Shown here piece after piece: positions 13,751-27,397 of a stretch of 64,000 nucleotides of DNA. The notes below the pieces were generated by a model. It saw nothing but the letters and a program-made list of their open reading frames with translations, made no database searches and was not told the DNA's origin. A program made the position numbers and the translations under genes. Source of the DNA: Phyllobates terribilis (lineage: Eukaryota); assembly GCF_046119375.1 (NCBI RefSeq), contig NW_027362763.1, positions 328,166,001-328,230,000 on the forward strand, given 5' to 3'. Positions within the stretch are counted from its first letter, which is position 1. The number at the start of each line of letters is the position of its first letter.

Positions 13751-14099
13751 ACTTTTAGGCAGTGACCTGTGTGTCAGAGGTGCTTCCAGGGGTCTTCCCC
13801 ATGCTGTTCCCATGTCTTTTCAGCACTGTATGCATGTGTCACACAGCACATGGCCAGATAAGATTGTAAAATGTTAAAATGACATTTCCCGGTGAATGCA
13901 TTTGTCACGGTTGAAAGCAATACAAAAGTGCAAAAATGCATAAAAAATGCTACTTGTGAACATAGAACAAGGTGTGGAGGAGTATTTTTGTTTTTGGTTA
14001 TTTATTTTACCTTATACAGAAGTCTTTACCCTGGAAAGGATGTTCCTTAACATATTTCACAGGAAAACCGTTTCAGTTTCGTTTTTGAACATTTTTTTT

Positions 14100-14432
14100 T
14101 AGCTCAGCCTCACCTCTCCCTACACTGCATGATTGCAGAGTAGACTGTGATCAACACAGCAACACTAGGTCTGATATAGACCTGATCACGCTGTGCGGCC
14201 AGCCATTCACTGTAATGCCACAACCAACATGGCTGCGGCATTACAGTGTGTGGCAGACAATCCCTGCATGTTAATTGGTGCTCTAAACAGCGCCAAACAT
14301 GCAGGAATGGGACCCGGTTTCCCGCCGAGCAACCCCGAAAATACTCGGCGAGTGCCGAGCATCTCGAGCATCTCGAGCAGTGAGATGCTCGGGTGAGCAC
14401 AGAGCAGTAACAAGCATGCTCGCTCATCACTA
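14100..14432 (-). mobile_element. 5' terminus of hAT element H
   Basis: Colinear with 50770-51087. Ends in GCATGCTCGCTCATCACTA (TIR) at 14432. Confidence 0.85.
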
Positions 14433-14760
14433 GTTCCTAACGTTATACAGCAGGGACATCTCAGCTTGAAATAGATTGGAGAATATATTGTTTGTTATAC
14501 AAGCCTCATCTACAGTAAAAAAAAAATACTTTAGTTCCTAACGTACAACAGGGACATCTCAGTTTGAAATAGTTTAGCGAATATCTCCTATGTTATATAG
14601 GCGTCATCCCCATTAAAAAAATAAATCTTGTTCGGTTTTTAACACAATACAGCAGAACATCTCAATTTGAAATAGTTTGGAGAAAATTATCTATGTTATA
14701 TAGGCGTCATCCACAGTAAGAAAAAAAACACTTTGTTCGGTTAGTAACGTTATACAGCAA
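14433..14760. repeat. ~100-110-bp subterminal tandem repeat of family-B hAT (B1)
   Basis: Repeated GTTCCTAACGT...ACATCTCAGTTTGAAATAG...GTTATA. The same unit occurs reverse-complemented at 38590-39720. Confidence 0.8.
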
Positions 14761-14799
14761 AACATATCTTACCTTGTCATTTAGTGATGTTAAAATTCA

Positions 14800-17700
14800 G
14801 ATGTGTGCAGAGCTGTTGGAAGGGGGAATAGGCTTGGTATTCAAGGTATACGTGGGGTAGGTGGTAATGTTAGTGAAAGCACTAGTGAACCATCACCATC
14901 AAGTCTTATCCAAAGACAACTGACAACTTCTGTTACTGGATGGGCTACTCCACTCCCTTTCTTTTGCAGCTGCACAGCGATAGGCCTTGTTGATAAGGGC
15001 CAGAAAGAACAGGTGCTCAAGTGAATTGCAAGTGCTGCATCAAGTGTCCTCTCCTCTTCTTCCTCCACCTCAACATCAGACACAGTACAGTCCACAGAGG
15101 TGGCACCACAATTACCCTTGCCTCCCCCCATGTCACAACTGTCCAGGCACCCAACTGACTGTAGTGAAACACAGATGGGCGAGTCTGGAGAACTGTTTAC
15201 CCATTCTATACCATGGGCATCAGAAGTGTACTCCAAACATTCACAGAGACAAGAAGAGGAGGAAAGCATCTGCACCGATGGCCAAAATTTTTTACGCTAG
15301 ATTTAGGGCAGGACGAAGTAGGATCCGAGCAGATTCCTGACCCTCGTCACGAGATGTTAACCACCAGGGAGGGAGGTGATCCTGATGCAGACTGTACTGT
15401 GCTGTCAGGGCAACAAGAGGAGAAGGGTCACTCTGAGGGCGAGGAATGGGAAAACATATTGGATGATGACATGGTTGAAAATCCTACTTAGTTGGAACCC
15501 AGAGTCACGCAGCCGAGTAGCTCATCTGAGGAGGTGGAGGAGGAAGACGAGGAGGTTACCTTCTGCCCTACATCGCAGACACGGAGTGATGCAAGCACAA
15601 GGAGCCCTCCATCCTTAGCAACAACTGTGGCTGTGGCCAGCGGCAGTCATGGGTCTGCAGCTCGCAGCGGTGGCAATGGTTGCCTAGCCTGGGCCTTTTT
15701 GGAGACCGCAAAGGATGAAACAACTCGCGTTATCTGCACACTTTGCAAGAAAAAACTCAGGGGAAAAGTGCAATAATTTGACTACTACATGGATGAACCT
15801 TCACATGCACACACAACATGCATTATGCTGGGAATCTCACTGCGCTGAAATGCAGACCAGCGGACCTCAATAACCAACAGCTGCCCCATTAACCGCAGCC
15901 TCTGCTTCTTCCTCCTCCTCTGTTATCGTGCCAAGTATTGGCACGCAGGTCTTCCACTGCAAAACTTTTGGTTCTCTACTCGCTCCAGTCAGGCTGAGTG
16001 AGAGCCCGTCAGCTGTAACGGAAGCGGACATGCCTGCTGTCTTGGTTTCAACGAACACACCGCACGTTTCTCAATCCACAGTAATATCTGCACCTGGTCC
16101 TCAATAACAGTCCAGCAGTTTGCCTGTTTCACCGTACTCCGCCCTTTCTCAACACTGCAGCTAGCCCTCAGTCCCACAGTTGTTGTCAAGTAAAAGATTG
16201 TTTCATCCTGCACATGACAAAGCTAACAGGTTGAACTGCACAACCTCAAATCTGTTCGCCACGGAAATGCTGCCTTTGTGCCTGGTAGATACAGAAAGCT
16301 GATGGCCATCGTAGTCCCCCAGTGCCAGTTGCCCAGTCACCATTATTTCTGTAAGAAAGCTGTGCCTGCACTACACTAGCATGTCGCAGACAATATCACC
16401 CATTCTTTGACTAAATCTATATCTGCCAGGGTGCATTTTACCATAGACACCTGGACGAGTAAGCAAGGCCAAGGACATTACATCTCGCTGACTGGGCACT
16501 GGGTGAATTGGTGGCTGGTGGCAAGCAAGAAGGGGCTGCTTCACAAATCTTGTAATCCCCAAGGCTTACAGAAGAAACCTCTCTCTGTTTCATACTTCCT
16601 CCACTGCTTCTGCATCCTCCTCCTCCTCTAGGGCCTCCACCTGCGCAATCAACCTCTGCCTTAACGAGACACACGTTCCAACAGTGCAGAGCGAATGCAG
16701 ACCACCTCCGTACTGCACAGCCAGGGCTCACCGCAGTCAGGCAGTCTTCAAGTTAATATGTCTTGGAGATTGCAGTCATACAGCTGAAGAGTTGTGTACA
16801 GCTCTCTAGGCTCAGTTTCAGCAATGGGAAGGCCATGTGCGATAACGGTGCAAACCTGTTGGTGGCCCTACACCAAGGCCAACTCACACACGTGCCTTGC
16901 ATAGCTCACGTCCTCAACCTGGTGGTACAGTGATTTTTCTGCCACTATCCCGGCCTGGGTGAGCTGCTTCTGAATGTACAGAAGCTGTGCGCATACTTCA
17001 TGTCATCGACTTGCATCGATACAGAGGTCTTTGTCTATGCCAGTTAACAGGTTGATATGCGATGTGCCGATGTAGTGGAATTCCACTCTGCACATGTTGC
17101 AGTGACTGTAGCAGCAGCAACGAGCCCTGGCGCAGTATGTTATGTCGTATAGCCTAAGCTAACGCAGTACGGATGTGGGGAATATCACATTTACAGAGTA
17201 GGAACAGATTAAGGACCTCTGCACCTTTCTGCACAGTTTTGAAATGGCTACTAAACTAGTTTGCGCTGATAATGCCATCATCAGTATCACTATTCCAGTC
17301 GTCTACATGTGAAGAAGATTTTGAATAGCATGCGGCAGGAGGTGGTTGTCCCAGAAGAAGAGGAGGCTGCATAAGAATGTCCAGACTGTCGTCACACAGG
17401 CGGATATCAAGTGATGGCGGCTTCCTTTGATCGAGGGGGTTTGGTGGTACCAGACATACTGCTAGTGAAGGTGCAAGAGCCGAGGAACAAATGGAGGAGG
17501 AAAAGGTGATGGGCAAGCAACAGTCAGAAGATGAAGAGGATAATCATCCCCTCGCTGTTGAACATGGTTGGCAGGAGGGGCCGGAGGAAATATGCATCAG
17601 TGTTACGCAGCCAATCATAGAGTCTGGCTTTGGACAACCTGGAAGAGCCCGATATATAAGTGCCTTCTTACTGCACTTCCTGCAACATGATCCCCGTATA

Positions 17701-18363
17701 GTTAGGATTCGAAATAATGCTAACTACTGGGTTGCCACTCTGTTAGATCCACGATATAAGAGTAAATTTTGCCAGATGTTTCCCGCCATGGAAAGGGACA
17801 CTCTAATGTTGGAGTATCGAAACAAGCTTTTAATCAATCTTAATAGAGCTTTTTCCCAAGATAGGAGTGAGGCACACAGTGTGCATTGCAGCTGTAGTCT
17901 TTCAACCTAGTGCACGTCAGTTCGTCAACGTCAAAACATGAGCAGCAGAAGCAGAGTAAGTGCCAGAAGCAATTTCTGTGAGTCCTTTCACACAATTTTT
18001 AACCCAGCTCGTGCACCAGCACAACAGAGAACAAGTCTGACATATGGAGAACGACTGGAGAGGATGGTGGAGGACTATCTAGAGCTCAATACGAATACCA
18101 TCAGTGAGGATTTTGACCCTTTTACATTTTGGTCTTCAAAAATGGATGAATGGCCTGAGGTCGCTTGTCACGCTTTGGATGTTTTATCATGCCCGGCAGC
18201 CAACGTTCTCTCAGAACGTGTGTTCAGCACTGCTGGTGGTATCCTGACCGATAAGCTCACCAGGGTATCCCATGAAAGTATTGACTGCCTAACTTTCATC
18301 AAGATGAACAAGTCATGGATCTCCAAGGACTTTTGCACCCCAATTGCAGACTGTACAGAGTAG
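14800..18363 (+). pseudogene. hAT transposase, family B (copy B1), near full length, heavily decayed
   Basis: BED finger (AWAFL..VICTLCKKKL), VHFTIDTWTSKQGQGHYISLTGHW, ATLLDPRYK and the hATC domain VLSCPAANVLSERVFSTAGG. Confidence 0.92.
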
Positions 18364-18489
18364 GCGATGTTGTAGTTTTTAGTGTGCTGTATTGATCTTG
18401 CTGAATTGCAGTCTGTGATATGGCTTGTGTGCCTGCTCTTGCTGTAGTAATTAGGCCCTAATTTTTTGAAATGTGGAGAATACAAATTT

Positions 18490-19085
18490 GGTCTCTCAAT
18501 CCATTGGGTTGGCTATAGTGGAAGAGGTGTCGGTCCCCATTATACTACTAGTGAAATTGATACCACTTTGGTGGTTTTAGGCCCAATTGGTTTCAAATGT
18601 GAACACTCCTGATTGGCGTCTCCAGCTACTGGTTTGGCTGTAGAGGAAAAAGTGTCGGCAATAATTATACTATTTCTACTGTACTGAAATTGATGCCATT
18701 TTTTTGGTGTCTGCCAGTAATTTTTGGAAATGTGGGGAATCCTGATTGGGTCTCCATCTATTGGGTTGGCTGTAGTGGAAGAGGTGTTGGTCCCCTTTAT
18801 ACTATTTATACTATAGTGAAATTGATGCAACTTTGGTGGCTTTAGGCCCAAATGGTTTCAAATGTGAACACTCCTGATTGGGTCTCCATCTACTGGGTTG
18901 GCTGTAGGGGAAGAAGTGTCAGTCGTAATTATACTATTTCTACTGTACTGAAATTGATGCCACTTCGGTGGTATTAGGCCCTAATTTAGGGAAATGTGAA
19001 CACTTCTGATTGATTCTCCATGTACTGGGTTGGCTGCAGTGGAAGAGGTTTTGGTCTCCTTACAATAGCTATACTCTAGTGAAAA
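18490..19085. repeat. ~131-bp 3' tandem repeat of family-B hAT
   Basis: CTCCATCTACTGGGTTGGCTGTAG(T/G)GGAAGA recurs about every 131 bp. Also at 33360-33850 (rc) and 60245-61035. Confidence 0.88.
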
Positions 19086-19343
19086 AATTTTTTGGTGCAG
19101 ATATTGTTCTCCACACAGGGGTACACAGACCTGATAAACTCAAAATGGGTATATAAAGCAGACTGCATCTCAGCTTAAAATTCTTTGGGGCAGATATTCT
19201 TCTTCACACAGGGGGGAAAAAAAGGTTGATCCTGAGCAGCTTCCTGACCCTCGACTGTACTGTGCTGTCAAGGCAAGAAGAAGAGTAGAGTGACTCTGAG
19301 GGCGAGGAATGGGATAACACATTGGTTAATGATGAGATTGCAC

Positions 19344-19622
19344 ATTATTATTATTATTTATTTATATAACGCCATTGATTCCATGGCGCTGTACATAAGA
19401 AAAGGTTATATGCCAAATACAGATATCACATTACAGTAAACAAACTAACAGTGATAGACTGGTACAGAGGGAAGAGGACCCTGCCCTTGCAGGCTTACAT
19501 TCCACAGGAAGGGGGAAGGAGACAGTAGGTTGGGGGTGTTGCAGGAGCTCCGATGTTGAGGTGGCAGCAAGCAGGGTCATGGCAGGCTGTAAGCTTGTTT
19601 GAACAGATGGGTTTTCAAACGT
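19344..19622 (-). mobile_element. L2-type LINE 3' end with (AAT)n tail
   Basis: (ATT)n then TATATAACGCCATTGATTCCATGGCGCTGTACA and GAGGACCCTGCCC. Homologous to 27850-28170 and to the reverse complement of the L2 at 63265-63660. Confidence 0.7.
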
Positions 19623-19799
19623 ATCCCATATAACTGTCACGCAAGGATGGGGAAGACACAGAGGGAAAAGGGAAATGGAGCACAGACACTAGGGAAAGGG
19701 GGAAAGTGGAGACCTCCTAGTCTGGTCTAGCATCACCCTGTCACATCTATCATCCCTATATTGCCTCCTCAGAAATCGCTGCACGCGTGCCTCTCCCTA

Positions 19800-21413
19800 C
19801 TCTCCCTTGCGCATGGCTATGGCTAGGGATGGAAGGAGATGAGCACTAGTTCATGTCCAATGAACTCGGCTCACCTCATGCACGTCACTGACAGCGTGGG
19901 AAAATTCTCCTGCACTCAGCGCTTCAGAGCGAGAATATTCCCACACTGTCAGTGATGTGCATGAGGTGAGCTGAGTTCATTGGACATGACCTCGGCTCAT
20001 CTTTATGCCGTCACAGCGAGACACTGAGGAGCGCAAGCATGCCTGCTTCTCAGTGTCTGCGGCATGGCAAGCTGGATGGCAGCTTTCTGCTGCGATCCAG
20101 CCTCTCATGTGAAAGTAGCAGAGCTGGAGCCGTCACGGGAACCATGGAAAGGTAAGGATGAGGTTGGTTTATTATTTTACTTTTATTGCAGGAGATTGTT
20201 GGCTTCAGCTGGAATGGGCATGATGGTAAGTATGGTTTAATTTAGAACAATAAAGAATTGTGTCTTTATTTCAATTAAAGGACTTTATTCTGGGTGTTTG
20301 TGGTTTTTTTTTAACTTTGACTATGGGGTTAGTAATGGGGGTGTCTTATAGACGCCTCTCCATTACTAACCTGGGCTTGATGTCAGCAGGCATTTTAAGC
20401 TGACATCAACCCCAGCCCTATTATCCCACTGCCACCGCTACAGGGCAGTGGGAAGAGCGAAGCTAAGTGCCAGAATTGGCGCATCCTATGGATGTGCCAT
20501 TTCTGGGGCAGCTGATGGCTGGTGTTTCTAGCCTGGGAGGGGGCCAATATTCATGGCACCCTTCCTGGGCTATTAATATCAGCCCCCAGCTGTCTGCCTA
20601 GCCTTTGCTAGCTATTAAAATAGGGGGGGGGGACCTCACATTATTTTTTGGGGGGTCCCCCATTTTAATAGCTAGTAAAGGCTAGGTATTCAGCTGGGGG
20701 CTGATATTAGTAGCCTGGGAAGCTCCGTGGGTATTACCCCCTTCCCAGGCTTCAAACATCTGCCCCAGCTGTCTGCCTAACCTCCGCTAGAGCCTAAAAT
20801 TAGGGGGAACCCGACTCCAATTTTTTTTTTAATAAATCCTTTATTTTAACACTAAATGACACGTACAGTAATCAACATTATCACTGTACTTCTTATATAT
20901 GTGACTGACATGTTTCTATCTATCTAATCTATGTGTGATTCTCTATTCTTTCTATTCTAAATTGTCGGGTACCGCTGCTGAATTGCCGGCCGACTTTTTT
21001 AAAGAGACGGTGCATGAAAACACTGTTATTTTTTAAATAAATCCTTTACACTAAATGACAAGTACAGTAAGCAACACTGTCACTGTACTTCATATATATG
21101 TGACTGATATGTTTCTATCTATCTAATCTATGTGTGATGTTCTATTCTTTCTGTTCTAAATTGTCGGGTACCGGTGTATACCACTCCTGAATTGCAGGCT
21201 TTTCATATAATAAATTCTACATTATTCTTAGTTGTTTTCCTTCATGTAGAATTAACCTACAAGGAAAGAAAGGGTTTATTTTTATTCCGATATTTGTGTC
21301 CCATTGACTTGCATTGGTTTCCGGTATCGGAATCGGCGATATCCGATACTTTTTGGGTATCGGTCCGATCCAATCCGATATTTCCTGATTTCGGAAGGTA
21401 TCTCTCAACACTA
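19800..21413. mobile_element. Non-autonomous hAT-like element with an internal palindrome and an internal duplication; left end not found
   Basis: Right TIR GGTATCTCTCAACACTA at 21413 with ATCGG/CCGAT subterminal motifs. ~60-bp inverted repeat at 19845-19997. Duplication 20830-21000 / 21030-21170. Confidence 0.6.
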
Positions 21414-21610
21414 ATCGTGACCCTAAAGTTCATGCAAATTGCCATTATAAAGACTGAAGCAGGAAACTTTGTGAAAACCAAAGCTCATGTCTGTATAGTT
21501 GATTTTCACCCATGACTGCTTTTACAATTTAGGGATGTACTGAGCTAACATTGCTTTACATAAATGCTGATGTTCAATATCTTGTAGAACACAGAGCATT
21601 ACATTATTAA

Positions 21611-22265
21611 TGGAGATGAGCAAATACATTTGAATACAATTAAATTATACTCCAATTTTACAAAAATCTGCGTGCGTCAAAAAGTGGATTATGCGTAATT
21701 TGTTTCCCTGAGGATTGAGTAAAATAGCGACTCCGGCTGCCACTTTTGTGAACCTTATAAAGCCATTAAAAGAGTAAGAAAATGTTTAAAAAACCCTTAC
21801 ACTCACCTGTCTTGCCCCTCCTTACTCACTGCTATCTGTCTAATCCTTGCCACATCCACTGATCACCTGCCGCTCATGTTAGATTCCCAAATTTCTAGCT
21901 TCTATGAGGCCGGGAGAGTTCTGTGCATGTATGCTGATGGAACAACATGCTATGTGAACTACCATAACTAGAGCAGAACCCCTCCCGAGTCTCAGGCATG
22001 AGAGACCCGAAAATTTCAGCGTAAGCACCGAGGGATCAAGAGATGTGGTGAGGAACAGACAGGTGGTGGTGAGTAGTGGAGAAGCCATAGAAGTGAGTGG
22101 TAAGGTGAGTATAAGCATTTTGTTAATTTTTTAAATATTACGCTTATTATGCTCTTTGGTCTGGAGAGATATTAAAGCATAAAAAAGGGACATTAAATTT
22201 GCAAATTTCCTGTGAAAAACCCAAGAACGGGTGAATTTGAATTTTCCTTGATCCACTCATCTCTT
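21611..22265. mobile_element. Old hAT-type MITE
   Basis: Degenerate TIRs TGGAGATGAGCAAAT / CCACTCATCTCTT. The 8-bp flanks match only 5 of 8. Confidence 0.45.
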
Positions 22266-22959
22266 ATTACAAGTAGTGATGAGCGAATCTGCAAACTTTA
22301 ATTTGGTGGTTCGCTTGAATTTGGCAAGGAAGCAAATATGTCCATCTCCAATTACAAAGGTTCAGCTCAGACAATACTACAATATTTGCAGTCTACTAAA
22401 TATACGTATGTGGGAAAAAGATGGCATAACAGAGCATATTAACACTGCTACCAATAGTAACCCTATGCAGTGAAATACAAATAACAAAAAAAATAAATTA
22501 TTAAAGATAAATAGTAACATAGGTTGAATAAAGACCTAGGTGCATCCAGTTCAACCTTTCTCCCCCAATTGTACTCCCTACACTAATATACTAACTTACT
22601 CGGACTAGGCCTCACAAATGTATTATTACCATTTTTATTATTGCTGCCCTATTACAATTAAAAATGAACAAGTTTATAATTTTTTAATTAGTTTTATATT
22701 TTGTATTACTCTTGTGATTCTAATAATGGCATTACTAAAATCCCTATGCCTAAATCTGTTGATCCAGAAGAAGGCAAAAACCCCACGACTCATTCAGCCA
22801 ATTTGCATCAAGGGGAAAAATTCCTACTTGACCCCGAGAAAAGGCGATCAGTCCAAGAACCCTGGATCAAACCTGATTATGATACTAGTTATGTAATTAC
22901 TATTATCATATTAAACATACTACTATCAGTGTAGTACTTTGTCTAATTTAACTGTAGTC

Positions 22960-24170
22960 CACAATATTATGTATATCAAGGAAAGCATCCAGCCATTTTT
23001 TGAAAGCTGTTATACTGTTGGTCATTGCTACCTCTTGTGGTAGGGAATTTCACAGCCCAACTGCTCTGACTGTAAAGAATCCTTTCATATTTAGGTGCCG
23101 GAATCACCTTTCTTCCACCCGTAGTGAGTGCCCCCTGGTCGTTAGTATGGTCTTTGTAAGAAATAAGTCATGTCCTAGTCCTTTGTACTGACCACACATA
23201 TATTTCTACATGTAAATAAGATCTCACCTGAGACGTCATTTTTCTAAGCTAATCAGACTCAACTTTTTCATATGAGAGGCCTTCCATCCCTTGTAATAAT
23301 CTAGTTGCCCGCCTTTGAACTGACTCTAACTTCTGAATATCCTTTTTAAAATGTGTAGCCCAAAACTAGATCCCATATTCCAGATGTGACCTCACCAGTG
23401 ATTCATAAAGGGGTAACAGTGCTTTGGGATCGCAGGATTTTATTTCTCTTTTTATACATCCTAAAATCTTATTTGTTTTTGCGTCTGCTGCTTGACACTG
23501 AGTACTGCTGCTTAGCTTAAGCCCCAATCTCACATAGCGAGATCGCTAGCGAGATCGCTGCTGTGTCACGGTTTTGGTGATGCAACAGCGACCTCACCAG
23601 CGATGTCGCTATGTGTGACACTTTGCAACGATCAGGCCCCTGCTGTGAGGTCGCTGATCACTGCAAAGTGTCCTGGACCATTTTTTGGTCGTTGCTCTCC
23701 CGCTGGTCAGCACACATCGCTGTGTGTGACCAGCGGGAGCAGCGATCAGGCTGGTAACTATGGTAAACATCGGGTTACTAGGGGCACACGCGCACCTAGT
23801 AACCCGCTGTTTATCATGGTTACGAGCCTGCTAAAGTGAGCGGTAACCTCCTGCTCACTGTAGCAGAGTGGTAACCATGATAAACAGGGGGTTACTAGGA
23901 GCGCGTGTGCCCCTAGTAACCCGATGTTTACCATAGTTACCAGCCTGCTCCTGCTTCAGCAGGCTCGTAACCAGGAGCAGGACATCGTGGAAAGATTCTT
24001 TCCACGAAGTCGCTGCTCCCCTGATCGTTGGTGAGCCTGCCTGTTTGACAGCTCACCAGCGGCCACATAGCGACGCAGCAATGATCCCTGACAGGTCGTA
24101 TCGTTGTCGGGATCATTGCAGCGTCGCTAAGTGTGACGGGGCCTTTACTTATAACCAGAATACCCAAAAC
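22960..24170 (-). mobile_element. CR1 LINE ORF2 3' fragment, interrupted by a MITE
   Basis: The reverse complement encodes [42 protein letters not shown], a typical CR1 RT C-terminus. Resumes at 24148. Confidence 0.85.
23520..24144. mobile_element. Palindromic PIF/Harbinger-type MITE
   Basis: Ends A(G)GCCCC..TCACATAGCGA / TCGCTAAGTGTGACGGGGCCT with TTA on both sides. Nested internal hairpins. Removing it rejoins the CR1. Confidence 0.75.
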
Positions 24171-25382
24171 CAAATAGAACAGTTAGAGTACACAAAAACA
24201 CAAAGAAGTTGATTAGTTTTTCCACAATTGAACAAATAAACACTACTAATAAAAATTGAAAACTGTCCCAATCATACAGTATTGCACATAAAACAGGTAC
24301 ATTATATGCATATTGGATTCATTCTGCTTTAAACAGACCTAAAAGCATTCATTACACAGGTTGTTACAATTATGGGAATGCAACATATGGGTATTTTTTA
24401 CATTTTTAATTTTTCTACAATAAAAGCATTTTTTTTCAAATATATTAATTCTGTGTTAACTGGTGCAACTTTTTATGTTTTTATTTTTTTTCTGTTTTTA
24501 TATTTAATAATAATGCATTAGACCGCTTTTGTATTACAATGTATATAGCCTGTGCATATAACAGGCAGGAAGTGGTTTGCGAGGGAAGACATTGGATAGT
24601 ATATCTGTGCTTAACAACAATGATTGTATGTGATTATATTTTGGGCTCAGCATGTTAATAGGGTTTCATTAAACGTGATGTTCACTCCTAAGGAAATTTT
24701 TCACAAATCCTGCACCTTGACAAATCCTAACAGTATGTAATGTACACATTGCTACAATTCAGCTCCGGTTGCCCATTCCATAGGTCGTCACAAGACCGAA
24801 AAGTATGTGATTTGCTGAGTTGCGGTCACATGCAGAGTCTCAATTGATTATCAATAAAACCTTTTAAACTAATTGGCTGAAACTCTAGTCAGTACATTTG
24901 CAAATCACATACTTACGGTCATGTGATGACTGTTTTCAGAGGAGCAGAATTCTAGAGATGTGTATATTACATAGTAGTGAGAGCTGAAAAGCTGCATGGT
25001 TTGCCAAAAAATTTCTCAGAGGTGGATGAGCCCTTTAAGCCAGCCCCAATATCTTACATGTCTTTCCAGACACATAGGAATTCCTATGGCCATAGTCCTC
25101 CATAAAGAATAATGACCCCACTTAGAGGTGGTGGTTCTGGGGTCATGGGCCAAATAAAACCACCCTGTGGGCCTGATTTGGCCCAAGGGATGGAGTTTGA
25201 CATGAATGTTTTAGACCATTTGTCTCCGATTCAAATGTACTACAATGGTTAACTAATCTAACTGTAAATGTATTGCTGATTTTAATTTGAAAAATACTGA
25301 ATTTAGGTAAAAGTATAGGATATAAAAGCGATTATCATTTACCATGAAACATAAAATTTCAGATATTATTCACTACTTCCAG

Positions 25383-25492
25383 GCACTCAAAATGGCTCAT
25401 GCCGGAATTTCACTCTCTGAATTAGAAGCATCTGTTGCATCTCCATTTACTTCCAAAATTCCAAATATTGAATGTGTCCCATTGCTCATCAA
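25383..25492 (+). CDS. atp13a4: Internal coding exon (110 bp) of a P5B-type ATPase, ATP13A4-like: [36 protein letters not shown](K)
   Basis: Acceptor ttattcactacttccAG, donor AA|GTAAGT. The peptide matches the conserved segment after the GDGAND hinge of ATP13A3/4/5. ALKMAH, PNIECVP and LIK favour ATP13A4, but a paralog is possible. Confidence 0.9.
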
Positions 25493-25716
25493 GTAAGTTT
25501 TGCATTAATTTGGAAGATACAACTGCTTTTGAAGGTGCATCCTACCTGATTGCTTTAAAAAAGTTATTTTGGCCTAAACAGTTGTGATATTTTTTATCTC
25601 GAATTTGGATCAGTGTGAACCACCACTGATTTACTCAATGTGATGTATTTCCTAATGATATTTCAGTAGATCATCGTGTGATTGGAATAGACCACATGAC
25701 TTTTGTTCTTGGGATA

Positions 25717-27224
25717 CAGTGAAGGAAATAATTATTTGATCCCTTGCTGTTATTGTAAGTTTGCCCACTGACAAAGACATGAACAGTCTATAATTTTAAG
25801 GGTAGATTAATTTTAACATTGAGAGATAGAATATCCCAAAAAAATCAAGAAAATCACATTGCATAAATTAGATACATTTTTTTGCATTTTGCGGTGAGAA
25901 ATAAATATTTGATCCCCTACATTAAAGACAGCTTTATTACATAGTCACCTGTATAAAAGACTCCTGTCCACAGACTCAATTAATCAGTCAGACTCTAACC
26001 TCTACAACATGGGCAAGACCAAAGAGCTTTCTAAGGATGTCAGGGACAAGATCATATACCTGCACAAAGCTGGGATGGGCTACAAAACCATAAGTAAGAC
26101 GCTGGGTGAGAAGGAGACAACTGTTGGTGCAATAGTAAGAAAATGGAAGATATACAAAATGACTGTCAATCGACATCGATCTGGGGCACCATGCAAAATC
26201 TCACCTAGTGGAGTATCCTTGATCATGAGTAAGGTGAGAGATCAGTCTAAAACTACACAGGGGGATCTTGTTAATGATCTCAAGGCAGCTGGGACCACAG
26301 TCACCAAGAAAACCATTGGTAACACATTACGCCTTACAGATTTAAAACCCTGCAGTGCCTGCAAGGTCCCCCTGCTCAAGAACGCACATGTGCAGGCCCA
26401 TCTGAAGTTTGCCAATGAACACCTGGATAATTCTATGAGTTATTGGGAGAAGGTGTTGTGGTCAGATGAGACAAAAATTGAGCTCTTTGGCATTAACTCA
26501 ACTCGCTGTGTCTGGAGGAAGAGAAATGCTGCCTATGACCCAAAGAACACCGTCCCCACTGTCAAGCATGGAGGTGGAAACATTATGTTTTAGGGGTGTT
26601 TCTCTGCTAAGGGCACCGGACTACTTCACCACATCAATGGGAGAATGGATTGATCCATGTATCGTAAAATCCTGAGAGACAGCCTCCTTCCCTCTGCCAG
26701 GACATTAAAATAGGTTGTGGCTGGGTCTTCCAGCAATACAATGGCCCAAAACATATAGCCAAGGCAACAAAGGAGTGGCTCAAAAATAAGCACATTTAGG
26801 GCATGGAGTGGCCTAGCCATAGAAAACTTATGGAAGAAGTTGAAGCTCCGAGTTGCCAAGCGACAAAATCTTAGTGATTTAGAGATGATCTGCAAAGAGG
26901 AGTAGACCAAAATGCCTCCTGGCATGTGTGCAAACCTCATCATCAACTACAAAAAACGTCTGACTGCTGACTGCTGCGCTTGCCAACAAGGGTTTTTCCA
27001 CCAAGTATTAAGTGTTGTTTGAATGAGGAATCAACTGCTTATTTCTCACTGAAAAATGCAAAAATAAATTATCTAATTTATACAATGTGATTTTCTTTTT
27101 TTTTTTTATATTCTATCTCTCAATGTTAAAATTAACCTACCCTTAAAATTATAGACTGTTCCTGTTTTTGTCAGTGGGTAAATTTAAAAAACAGCAAGGG
27201 ATTAAATAATTATTTCCTTCACTG
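25717..27224 (+). mobile_element. Tc1-like transposon #3 (1508 bp) inside the ATP13A4-like intron; transposase ~26009-27009 decayed
   Basis: TA flanks at 25715-16 and 27225-26. TIR CAGTGAAGGAAATAATTATTTGATCCCTTGCTG. Transposase [10 protein letters not shown]...[11 protein letters not shown]. Confidence 0.95.
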
Positions 27225-27397
27225 TATGTTTGATATTGATATTGCAGTTCAGCCCTATACACAATTTCTGCAATACAATTTTTGTATAAATTCATTACTG
27301 CTGGCAATGACATTTTTTTATTACAAATATTATTGTGCTACTATAACTTAAGAGAATGTACCTTTTAAAAATAACAAAAGTATTGTGTTTTATGTAG

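Larger units (their letters stand above)
4836..14099 (+). mobile_element. Large decayed hAT element A (family A); 5' TIR present, last ~300 bp of the 3' end missing
   Basis: TIR-like TAGTGTTGAGAGAGCA at 4836. The 5' subterminal region matches the reverse complement of 50800-51087. The 3' subterminal region 13750-14099 matches the reverse complement of 45560-45915. Confidence 0.8.

Noticed and set aside
4836-14432. One hAT element bounded by TIRs at 4836 and 14432
   Set aside because: The flanks differ (ATAAACAA vs GTTCCTAA) and both ends are 5'-type. Nesting of A in H explains the data better.
22266-22273. Exactly 8 bp between one MITE end (22265) and the next TIR (22274), as a shared TSD
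   Set aside because: The partner flanks match poorly (5 of 8) and the second element's other end was not found.
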